Position numbers and translations under genes: made by a program. This document shows, one piece after another, positions 9,742 to 16,833 of a stretch of 64,000 bases of DNA. The notes under the pieces were generated by a model. It was not told the DNA's origin and searched no databases. It worked only from the letters and a program-made list of their open reading frames with translations. Every line of letters starts with the position of its first letter. The first letter of the stretch is position 1. The DNA comes from Escherichia phage vB_EcoM-RPN242, in the sequence record OL656110.1. One strand, 5' to 3'.

Positions 9742-10427
9742 CACTCGTTCTCCTTCATCATATTGTCGCAGTCAACACGAGTCTGCTGAAGTTCGCGCGA
9801 CATGCGAGGATCATCAAGGTTCACGCTCAGATTCGTGGCCAGGTCTTTCAGACCGTTCTGAACCCTGTCTTCAAAGTAATAATCGTTCTCAACCAGCCAG
9901 GCTCTGAGACCAAGAGCGCGGGTGCGCCATTCCTTCTTCAGGACGCGATCAGAGGTCTGCGTAGCGCTGTATTCGAATACTTTGATGCACTGGTTGCCAT
10001 CGTTGATAAGGTTCAGGTGGCGGCGACCAACCTGCACACCCTTCTGTAATGCCGGAGAAGGGAGCGAACGGCACTGTCTTACGGTCATTCGGCCTTGGGT
10101 GCCCATTCGGCCAGTCATGATCAAATCGCCAGCCTCCATGCCTCCACGGTTAAATTCGTCGTCATTGAGGTAGCCTTTGAGGTTATAGGCTCCCTGTTTG
10201 TAACGGTTGAACTCAATTCCGGCATTGACGACAGCAGTGGAGACGTTGCCTGTGTTCCAGAGTTCAGCGAAGTTCTCTATGGAACCAGACTTGTCGATGG
10301 CAACCGCCTGGGAGAACCCAGCACAATAGGAAAGGTCGGACCACAGTTTATCACCTGTGGAGTTCAGCTTGGCAGCGGCGGGTAATGCCAGACCAGCCAG
10401 CACAACCCCGAGGATTAAACGTTTCAT
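9741..10427 (-). CDS. secreted protein (signal peptide)
   Basis: Start trimmed to MKRLILGVVLAGLALPAAA (Sec signal, AAA-K cleavage site) with SD AAGGAGA; 228 aa. Confidence 0.6.
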   Translation of the reverse strand: MKRLILGVVLAGLALPAAAKLNSTGDKLWSDLSYCAGFSQAVAIDKSGSIENFAELWNTGNVSTAVVNAGIEFNRYKQGAYNLKGYLNDDEFNRGGMEAGDLIMTGRMGTQGRMTVRQCRSLPSPALQKGVQVGRRHLNLINDGNQCIKVFEYSATQTSDRVLKKEWRTRALGLRAWLVENDYYFEDRVQNGLKDLATNLSVNLDDPRMSRELQQTRVDCDNMMKENE

Positions 10428-10506
10428 GGCGATTCTCCTTATTTCATTGGATGAAATGATAGGCGGCTCACCATGATGAGTAAAGGGTTTCAATAAACTA
10501 TCGTAT

Positions 10507-10956
10507 TCAGAAACGGGTATCGCTGACCGTTCTGTATCGCACACCCTGAAACTGTTTAGCGAGTTTAACAAATTCCATCGCTGGCAAATCAACTTTGTAG
10601 ACCTTCATGCGCTGTTTGCCATCCATGTTCAACGCAGCGACAAATCGGTGAGAACCGTCAATAACGTAATTGTCAGAAGACACCCAAACTCGACCCATAG
10701 GTTTCTTATTTCTGATCTGCTTCATAATCTTCCAGACCTTCATTTTATTGATTTCGTTCTGGGTGAGACGAAGCATTTTGATGGGCACTTGCACAGCATC
10801 TATGGACACGCCGTTGTCTTCAAGATATTTGTGAAAATCTTCTTGTTTGTCGGCATCGATTTGTGGCATAGAAGAACGAGAAAGCCCGAGGTTCCCAACA
10901 GGAATCCTCAGGCCGTTAATGATGTTCAACCAGTCAATAAAGGATGTAAGGAACAT
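10507..10956 (-). CDS. ParB/Srx-like nuclease-domain protein (tentative)
   Basis: 149-aa ORF with VIDGSHRFVAA resembling the ParB N-terminal domain core; SD GAGGTG. Confidence 0.45.
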   Translation of the reverse strand: MFLTSFIDWLNIINGLRIPVGNLGLSRSSMPQIDADKQEDFHKYLEDNGVSIDAVQVPIKMLRLTQNEINKMKVWKIMKQIRNKKPMGRVWVSSDNYVIDGSHRFVAALNMDGKQRMKVYKVDLPAMEFVKLAKQFQGVRYRTVSDTRF

Positions 10957-10988
10957 GACACACCTCGGGATATAGGGTTATCCCTTAG

Positions 10989-11147
10989 TTAGCGCATCCA
11001 TCGATCCTTTCTCTCTTTCTCCTTGCGTTCGCGACGTTTCTGGTCGGATCGTAATAACCAATAGAAGAAGTTCCCACCCAAGATGAAAACCACCGCGATT
11101 ATTACTAGGACACCCTTCACAATTTCCCAAACCAATTCTTTATCCAA
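10989..11147 (-). CDS. small membrane protein (TTG start, tentative)
   Basis: No in-frame ATG. A TTG sits after SD GAGGTG; hydrophobic helix VLVIIAVVFILGG followed by a basic tail. Confidence 0.3.
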   Translation of the reverse strand: MDKELVWEIVKGVLVIIAVVFILGGNFFYWLLRSDQKRRERKEKERKDRWMR

Positions 11148-11148
11148 A

Positions 11149-11436
11149 TTACACCTCGTCTTCTTCAGGTCCACCGTCAATCAGGATACGAGCGGTGTCG
11201 AAAGTTTCCCCGCCCGTGTTCAGCAGCTTGGTCAGATCGTCAAGATATCGGACCGTACCAAGATCAGATGACCGCGATATAAACTCCAGCATGCCATACA
11301 ACGCTGTTTGGAATCGGCTGTTATCGATATCGTTCTTTATTACCATCAGGCGCAAGATGTTCTCTGACTGAGTATGGTCAACACACGCCTTGTCTCTGAT
11401 CATCTCCTTGATAGAACTTCTCTCTGATGGTGTCAT
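11149..11436 (-). CDS. hypothetical protein
   Basis: 95-aa ORF; SD GGGGGT; ATGA overlap with the upstream gene. Confidence 0.5.
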   Translation of the reverse strand: MTPSERSSIKEMIRDKACVDHTQSENILRLMVIKNDIDNSRFQTALYGMLEFISRSSDLGTVRYLDDLTKLLNTGGETFDTARILIDGGPEEDEV

Positions 11437-11807
11437 AACGTACCCCCGACAGAGATCAAGAACTCTTCTTGCATGGTCTTGACCGGGTGGTGGTTGCGGG
11501 TTTCGAACATGAAGCCCCAGCCACCGTCGGCGACGTTGCCAAAGGTCTTGACGCCAAAGGACTTCGTCCCGTTAGAGCAGGAATAGATGTCCAGGACGTA
11601 TGGGCTACCCTGATTGTCGATCCCACGATTCACGTCGTCTGATACGCAGCGCTCAATCATCTTCCCGTTCTTATACAGAACGAGGTCTTGGCCATACGCC
11701 TTGAAAGCATAAACACCGTTGGTAGACACTCCGGTGATGACAGGAGGGGCGGAAACAGCAGCAAAGGAAGCGCCCAGCAGAGCAACAGCGAGGATTAACT
11801 TTTTCAT
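11433..11807 (-). CDS. secreted protein (signal peptide)
   Basis: Start trimmed to MKKLILAVALLGASFAAVSA (Sec signal); SD AAGAGA. Confidence 0.6.
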   Translation of the reverse strand: MKKLILAVALLGASFAAVSAPPVITGVSTNGVYAFKAYGQDLVLYKNGKMIERCVSDDVNRGIDNQGSPYVLDIYSCSNGTKSFGVKTFGNVADGGWGFMFETRNHHPVKTMQEEFLISVGGTL

Positions 11808-11866
11808 GATATAGTCTCTTGGTTTCAAATGGGCGGGGTAATCATACCCCGCCCAAAGTTATAGAA

Positions 11867-12106
11867 TTAACTGATGTGCTTCAGAAGAGCGAAGAGGATC
11901 GCGGCCTTGGCCTTTACCTTTCCCACGATGCCTGTCTCGACATCAACTTCTTCAGCAACCCACTCTTTGCCTTTCTTGCTGATGATCACGTCACGGCGCT
12001 GTGCGTAGACTTCTTTGGTCGCATACACACGACGGAACCCTTTAGCGCGGAGCAATCCCCAATTACGATCAATTTCTACTGAGGTTTCTACCATTTTGTT
12101 CTTCAT
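11867..12106 (-). CDS. hypothetical protein
   Basis: 79-aa ORF followed by a hairpin at 11831-11854. Confidence 0.5.
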   Translation of the reverse strand: MKNKMVETSVEIDRNWGLLRAKGFRRVYATKEVYAQRRDVIISKKGKEWVAEEVDVETGIVGKVKAKAAILFALLKHIS

Positions 12107-12190
12107 GATATAATCTTACCTTTCAACCCGGTGAACCCATCGTTCGCCAGTTATTGAATAATAGGACATTCCTTAGAGGAAGTAAACCCC

Positions 12191-12222
12191 TAAAAGTAAA
12201 AATCCCCAACGTTTGTTGGGGA
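12191..12222 (-). terminator. intrinsic terminator after ACP-like gene
   Basis: Hairpin TCCCCAAC-gttt-GTTGGGGA followed on the minus strand by TTTTTACTTTT. Confidence 0.6.
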
Positions 12223-12228
12223 CTTCTG

Positions 12229-12552
12229 TTATTTGCGCAGGGCAACCACGAGTTCAGCGAGTTCACCAATGGTCGGGTCATCACCTTTACTACCCAGCCA
12301 ACCGTCGTCGATTTCGACCTGAAACTCTTCTTCTAGTTCCATTACGATTTCGATGGCATCCAGTTCGTCACCGCCGAGGTCTTTCTTGGTACGGAGACCA
12401 GCCAGCTTGTCCAGGGCGTCCTCGTTCTGAGATGCCACGTCGTCCAGCAATTTGCGCTTGTCATCGTCACGCCACAGATCCATATTCAGATTGTCAGTGG
12501 CGTACTGAGCCAGATGACGCATGACTTCAACATATGTTGGTTTACTGCTCAT
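12229..12552 (-). CDS. acyl-carrier-protein-like protein with Ser-to-Glu substitution at the phosphopantetheine site
   Basis: KKDLGGDELDAIEIVMELEEEFQVEIDD aligns with E. coli ACP [28 protein letters not shown]. The attachment Ser is encoded here as GAA (Glu), confirmed by reading the codon. SD GGGAGAA. Confidence 0.7.
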   Translation of the reverse strand: MSSKPTYVEVMRHLAQYATDNLNMDLWRDDDKRKLLDDVASQNEDALDKLAGLRTKKDLGGDELDAIEIVMELEEEFQVEIDDGWLGSKGDDPTIGELAELVVALRK

Positions 12553-12560
12553 GCTACTTC

Positions 12561-12587
12561 TCCCAAAGAAAGGCGGGTTGCCCCGCC
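12561..12587 (-). terminator. intrinsic terminator after vWA gene
   Basis: GGCGGG-ttgc-CCCGCC hairpin followed on the minus strand by TTTCTTT. Confidence 0.5.
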
Positions 12588-12594
12588 CGTTGGA

Positions 12595-14796
12595 TTAGAT
12601 TTTGATTTCTTTCTCTGTCAGTTCGGCAGTGACCTTGTACTTCACGCCATCCACTTCAACTTCCATGGTGGACTCTTCCAGGTCGAGGTCGGTGAACCAG
12701 CCGTGGCCAGCAACGATACCATACACCACTTTAGACAGTGTCTTGTTCAGGGCACGGACTTCGGTGATGGCCGCCTTGGCAGCAGCGTCGATCCAGTTTT
12801 CGATCAGCTGTTTCTGTAAGGCTTCAGGCACGGCAGTGATCATAGGAGACTTCACGAATGCTTCGTACTCTTTCAGAGCATTGGCGATGAACAAGTCACC
12901 AGCATTGAGTTTCTTGTTCTCTGCGATCTTCTTCTGTACTGCCGCGATGCTCGGTAGTGAAGACGCCCCGGCGATCTTCACGTTCAGCTCACGGCTCATG
13001 TAGAAGTCGGTAGACTCTTTGGTCTCAGTCTTCGGTGAGAAGCCGTAATCGCGGATGCCGTAGGAGGACAGGAACTCGGCCGCCTCAGCGCCGTACTGTA
13101 CTGCCAGGCCTTTGGCGTTACCCTTACCAACCAGGGCGTCTCGATAGAACTTCAGCACCTTCTGCTTGCCTTTCAGGGCTTCCAGACGGACATTATCCGC
13201 AAAGAACTGAGCAGCACTGATGTTCTTGACCATGGCGCGGTTGACCAGCGGTACGCTTTCCAGGTTCAGGACAAACACTTCCGGACCACCAAACACGTGG
13301 ACGCCCATTTCGATCAGCTTCTGTACAACTTCGATATCAGCCTTGAACGGCAGAGTCTTCACGTTAATGATACCGTCTTTGACGATGGTGTAGTTGCGCC
13401 ACTGGAAAGTATCCAGTTCTTCAGGCAGGCCAAACTTCTTCTGTGCGAATTCAGGCACAGCCACAGTACCGTGTTGAATTGTACGCACACTGATGTTCGG
13501 GCGCTCGGAGTTATAGACCAAATCACTGATTGGCACAACACCCAGATCGTTGGTAGGTTCGAACGTCGGGTTCCACTCTTCGTGCTCTGCCAGCTTGAGA
13601 GCCAGGGCTTTACGCTCTTCTTTGGACTGAGCATTCGCGATCTGTTCTGCCAGCTTGTCTTCGGTGTCGTCGGTTTTCTGCACAGTACCGCGCCCGATGC
13701 TCTTGTAGGAGAACATCGGATGCTTGGTAGCAACAGGCACACCAGCTTCAGCCAGGTACGTCAGAACATCAACGACGGTCGTCGCATCTTCGGCCGGAAC
13801 CAGGTCATAGTCAATACCGTCAACGCCGCGCAGCTGGTCATCAACGATGGCCTGGGTCAGATCGTTCTTGATGTTGGAGTAGTCCTGCTTGGTGAAGCAG
13901 TTGCTGTACTGTTTGATGAAGCGAACGTCGCCCGTCTTCTTCAGCGCAGCCCAAACCAGATCTGCGTCCATAGTGTGTACGCCGTAGAACGCCAGCACGT
14001 ATGCCGCCTGGATGTCCGCCAGGCTATCCATCTGGTCGATCATGTTAGGGTTTACAACCCACAGCTTGGTGACGCTCTCAGGGATGCTCACGTGGCCGAT
14101 AGGATGGTCTTCATCCGGCTGTACCGCCAGAACAGTTGCTACGCCGTTTTCAACATAGATAGCGTGGGTGTATAGCAGAGGCACATCAACAACCACCTTC
14201 GGTACTGATGACTTCAGCACGTTTTCCAGTTCGGTCTGGTATTCGGTCTGACCTTCGGCAAACACGTGAGTAGCACCAGAGCGTTCGGCCATCTGCGTCA
14301 GCAGTTCACGGTTACAGTGCCAGCCGTATTCGATAAATGTAATGTTATCGAAAGCAAATGGCAGGGTCTCAGCAACCAGTAGAATTTCGTTGGTACGCCA
14401 GCAGTTGTCATACCCGTCAGTCATGAACGCCAGGTTGTTGACGTAGCCAGGTTTCTTCAGGTCACGCGCAGTATCCATCGCCAGTTTCAATGGCTCAACG
14501 AATCCAGTACATCCGGACGGTTGCAGGAAGCGATCGATCAGTTTGTTCAGCTCGCTCAGGTCAGACGCAGCACCAACCTGGCGGCCAGCGAACACAGTGC
14601 CAAAGTCGCCTTTGGATGAGAAGTATAGAACACTTACAGTGTCTTCCGGTTTCACCAGGGAAGGCAGGTTCTCCTTCAGGTGCTTGCGGACTTCAGGAAG
14701 CGCACGGTACATAGAGCCGGAAATGTCTACAACGATTACATGGTTGGACGGAGCAGCAGTCGCAACCGCATTCTTAAATTCTAATGATTCAATCAT
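12595..14796 (-). CDS. von Willebrand factor A (vWA) domain protein, 733 aa
   Basis: N-terminal MIDAS motif VIVVDISGSM (DxSxS) followed by about 550 aa of unassigned sequence. Start taken at the ATG with an AAGAGA RBS (track start is further upstream). Confidence 0.7.
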   Translation of the reverse strand: MIESLEFKNAVATAAPSNHVIVVDISGSMYRALPEVRKHLKENLPSLVKPEDTVSVLYFSSKGDFGTVFAGRQVGAASDLSELNKLIDRFLQPSGCTGFVEPLKLAMDTARDLKKPGYVNNLAFMTDGYDNCWRTNEILLVAETLPFAFDNITFIEYGWHCNRELLTQMAERSGATHVFAEGQTEYQTELENVLKSSVPKVVVDVPLLYTHAIYVENGVATVLAVQPDEDHPIGHVSIPESVTKLWVVNPNMIDQMDSLADIQAAYVLAFYGVHTMDADLVWAALKKTGDVRFIKQYSNCFTKQDYSNIKNDLTQAIVDDQLRGVDGIDYDLVPAEDATTVVDVLTYLAEAGVPVATKHPMFSYKSIGRGTVQKTDDTEDKLAEQIANAQSKEERKALALKLAEHEEWNPTFEPTNDLGVVPISDLVYNSERPNISVRTIQHGTVAVPEFAQKKFGLPEELDTFQWRNYTIVKDGIINVKTLPFKADIEVVQKLIEMGVHVFGGPEVFVLNLESVPLVNRAMVKNISAAQFFADNVRLEALKGKQKVLKFYRDALVGKGNAKGLAVQYGAEAAEFLSSYGIRDYGFSPKTETKESTDFYMSRELNVKIAGASSLPSIAAVQKKIAENKKLNAGDLFIANALKEYEAFVKSPMITAVPEALQKQLIENWIDAAAKAAITEVRALNKTLSKVVYGIVAGHGWFTDLDLEESTMEVEVDGVKYKVTAELTEKEIKI

Positions 14797-15004
14797 TGTT
14801 CTCTTCGCCTTGTGCGTAAGGGTTAAGTTCAGACTCATCAGCGGCTTCGATGCGCGTCTTTACAGAGTCCAGCATATTGTTGATAAACTCACGAGACTGC
14901 TCCAGCTGAGCCAAGAGCACATCCTTTGGAGCATAGTTCTGAATGCAAGCCGGAATACTTTCAGACGTCGCCTTCAGGTCGGTAAAACATTCTTTCAGTA
15001 TCAT
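14789..15004 (-). CDS. hypothetical protein
   Basis: 71-aa ORF; its end overlaps the vWA gene start by 8 nt; weak SD. Confidence 0.45.
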   Translation of the reverse strand: MILKECFTDLKATSESIPACIQNYAPKDVLLAQLEQSREFINNMLDSVKTRIEAADESELNPYAQGEENND

Positions 15005-15086
15005 TTGATCTCACTTAACAGAGACGACACCCTGTTGGGATTTAATAGCGGTCTTCACGCGCCAGGGGTGATAGAATCACCGTAGA

Positions 15087-15320
15087 TCAGGCCGATGTGC
15101 TCATCCAACAGGAAGTGCCCAGTTTCAAAGATCTCCCACAGGCGCTGGATAGAGCCAACCGCTTCTGAACGTCTGATGATTTGATGTGAGCATCAATCAC
15201 CACGTTCTGAACATGGCCGATAGGGATACCAGATTTTTGAATCTTGATATGTTCCTCACCACCTGGGAAGGTGAAGTGTTTGTAGAACACATCTTGGTCG
15301 TTCAATTTCAAACGAAACAT
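15087..15320 (-). CDS. hypothetical protein (possible frameshifted gene continuing to about 15055)
   Basis: 77-aa ORF with SD GAGGT; the C-terminal 27 aa are low-complexity while another frame carries a more protein-like continuation. Confidence 0.4.
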   Translation of the reverse strand: MFRLKLNDQDVFYKHFTFPGGEEHIKIQKSGIPIGHVQNVVIDAHIKSSDVQKRLALSSACGRSLKLGTSCWMSTSA

Positions 15321-15428
15321 AATGTAACCTCATGGTGTATTGTACAGCCGTATTATACTGTGATGTACAAATTGAAACGCCCAGCATTTACGCTGGACGT
15401 TATTGATATTGAAAAGGTTTTGACAAAC

Positions 15429-15662
15429 TCAGGATTTGGAGGAAGCGCCCTTCCATGTCTGACGTTTGTAGTGGGAAGCCATGGCCATCGACCCGGCGTA
15501 TTGCGTTTCACCCCTGACCACCACAGCCACAACCAGCTTATGTCGTAACAGGAAGTCCAGACCTGACTTAGACGGGATATCGCCAATGCTCAGTGGACCA
15601 CGATTGTACAGGGCATACATGGTGTCAAGCGCCGCCCCGGTAAAGATAATCTCTTTAGACAT
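15429..15662 (-). CDS. hypothetical protein
   Basis: 77-aa ORF from the internal ATG (MSKEIIFTG...). Confidence 0.4.
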   Translation of the reverse strand: MSKEIIFTGAALDTMYALYNRGPLSIGDIPSKSGLDFLLRHKLVVAVVVRGETQYAGSMAMASHYKRQTWKGASSKS

Positions 15663-15669
15663 GGCGGTC

Positions 15670-15975
15670 TCACTTAAACGAGTCAACGATGGATGTAAGA
15701 ATTTCGGGGGTGGGTTTGGCGTCTTGTGGTTCACGGAAACCCACCTTTGCGATGCGGCCCAAGACATTGTACACTTCGCGCGGAAGGGTGTCTACGACCG
15801 TGTCCGACATGAACGCCACGTCTTCTTGGATGGCGTTGTATTCGGCCAGTTTAGCCAGTTCTGATTCTACCAGGGACTTCAGCTTTTGCAATGGGTCGTT
15901 GCAATAGTTGAGACGGTTGCAGTTGGTGAGCGCCTGAGTTAGATTCTCAAACGCTTCTTGTATTTCCTTTGACAT
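15670..15975 (-). CDS. hypothetical protein
   Basis: 101-aa ORF from ATG 15975 with SD GAGG (track start is an upstream TTG). Confidence 0.45.
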   Translation of the reverse strand: MSKEIQEAFENLTQALTNCNRLNYCNDPLQKLKSLVESELAKLAEYNAIQEDVAFMSDTVVDTLPREVYNVLGRIAKVGFREPQDAKPTPEILTSIVDSFK

Positions 15976-16357
15976 TGATATGTGCCTCGTATTGTTGACA
16001 GACAACAACTACTTTACGGCACATGTCGATATCGAACAAGCCAATATGACACTCACGCTTCTTTATCCCCAGCTTATGCGCCAGCCAACTATAAGCGTCG
16101 CTCCTGCTCCTCTCTCCGCTTTTCCACAATGGGTCAAACGATCTATGGGCTTCCTGCTTAGCAGCACGGAGAGCGGCATTCGCCATCCTTCCCAAAGGTT
16201 GTCTGCCGTCGCCATGGGTATGGCAACCGACACGGGCATCACATGGAGTGCACACCCAGAACTTCAGATTGCGGAGGTCAGGGCGATGAGGGTAGAGAAC
16301 ATCACCACCGACGAATTCGGCTGGGAGGCCGCAGTAATCACAAATGACAGGTTTCAT
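15947..16357 (-). CDS. Cys-rich zinc-ribbon protein
   Basis: MKPVICDYCGLPAEF...VCTPCDARVGCHTHGDG carries paired Cys motifs; the track start is a GTG, trimmed here to the ATG. Confidence 0.5.
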   Translation of the reverse strand: MKPVICDYCGLPAEFVGGDVLYPHRPDLRNLKFWVCTPCDARVGCHTHGDGRQPLGRMANAALRAAKQEAHRSFDPLWKSGERSRSDAYSWLAHKLGIKKRECHIGLFDIDMCRKVVVVCQQYEAHINVKGNTRSV

Positions 16358-16361
16358 ATTC

Positions 16362-16393
16362 TTTGTCCAAAAGAAACCCCGCACATGGCGGGG
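16362..16393 (-). terminator. intrinsic terminator after gene 16418..16789
   Basis: CCCCGC-acatg-GCGGGG hairpin followed on the minus strand by TTTCTTTT. Confidence 0.6.
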
Positions 16394-16417
16394 TTGCTCA
16401 GGCTGAGGTCAGACAGA

Positions 16418-16789
16418 TTATTTCAGGAGTGCTTCCAGTTCTTCAACAGATTTGCTTTCCAGCTCTTGCTGTTTCTTACGTTGGATCAGCTCCAGGATAA
16501 CCTGGTTGTTCGCCTTACGCTCTGCCGCTTCTCTGCTGTCGTCACGTTCTTTCAGCTTAACGCCGATGATGTGCTTGACAACGTCGAAGCGCAGCTGCAG
16601 TTCGGAGTCAACGTTGCTTTTGGTACCAATGAAATCTTCTTCATCGGTTTCTGCTGCTTTCACCTGACGGCTCAGACCTTTCGCCATTTCGTTCAGGGCA
16701 GTCAGGCTCAGGTCCCAGACCTGCTCAACAGACAGCAGACCTTTGTTAGACTCGAAGCGCAGTTTCATACGGGTTGCTTTATCAAACAT
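16418..16789 (-). CDS. hypothetical protein
   Basis: 123-aa ORF with SD GAGGA 8 nt upstream; followed by an intrinsic terminator. Confidence 0.55.
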   Translation of the reverse strand: MFDKATRMKLRFESNKGLLSVEQVWDLSLTALNEMAKGLSRQVKAAETDEEDFIGTKSNVDSELQLRFDVVKHIIGVKLKERDDSREAAERKANNQVILELIQRKKQQELESKSVEELEALLK

Positions 16790-16833
16790 TTTACTATCCT
16801 CAATGATGAATGGGTTACAATTTCAAATCAGGT

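Noticed and set aside
13297-14175. Long plus-strand ORFs in the track overlapping minus-strand genes (for example 13297..14175, 40821..41822, 35891..36595, 2203..2955, 796..1389).
   Set aside because: They lie antisense to ORFs with clear homology or motifs (vWA, sheath, scaffold, SbcD, SbcC), lack RBSs, and have junk-like composition; they are shadow ORFs.
15087-15320. Ribose-phosphate pyrophosphokinase (PRPP synthetase) N-domain guess for the 77-aa ORF.
   Set aside because: The resemblance is limited to a loose pattern, and the ORF is far too short; left as hypothetical.
15947-16384. N-terminal extensions of track ORFs that begin at GTG or TTG (for example 15947..16384, 40854..42782, 48706..53592, 9741..10592, 12595..14838, 3709..4332).
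   Set aside because: In each case an internal ATG with a properly spaced Shine-Dalgarno, and/or the start of homology or a signal peptide, lies downstream, so starts were trimmed. The DinG helicase is the exception, where GTG with AGGAGG is the only credible start.
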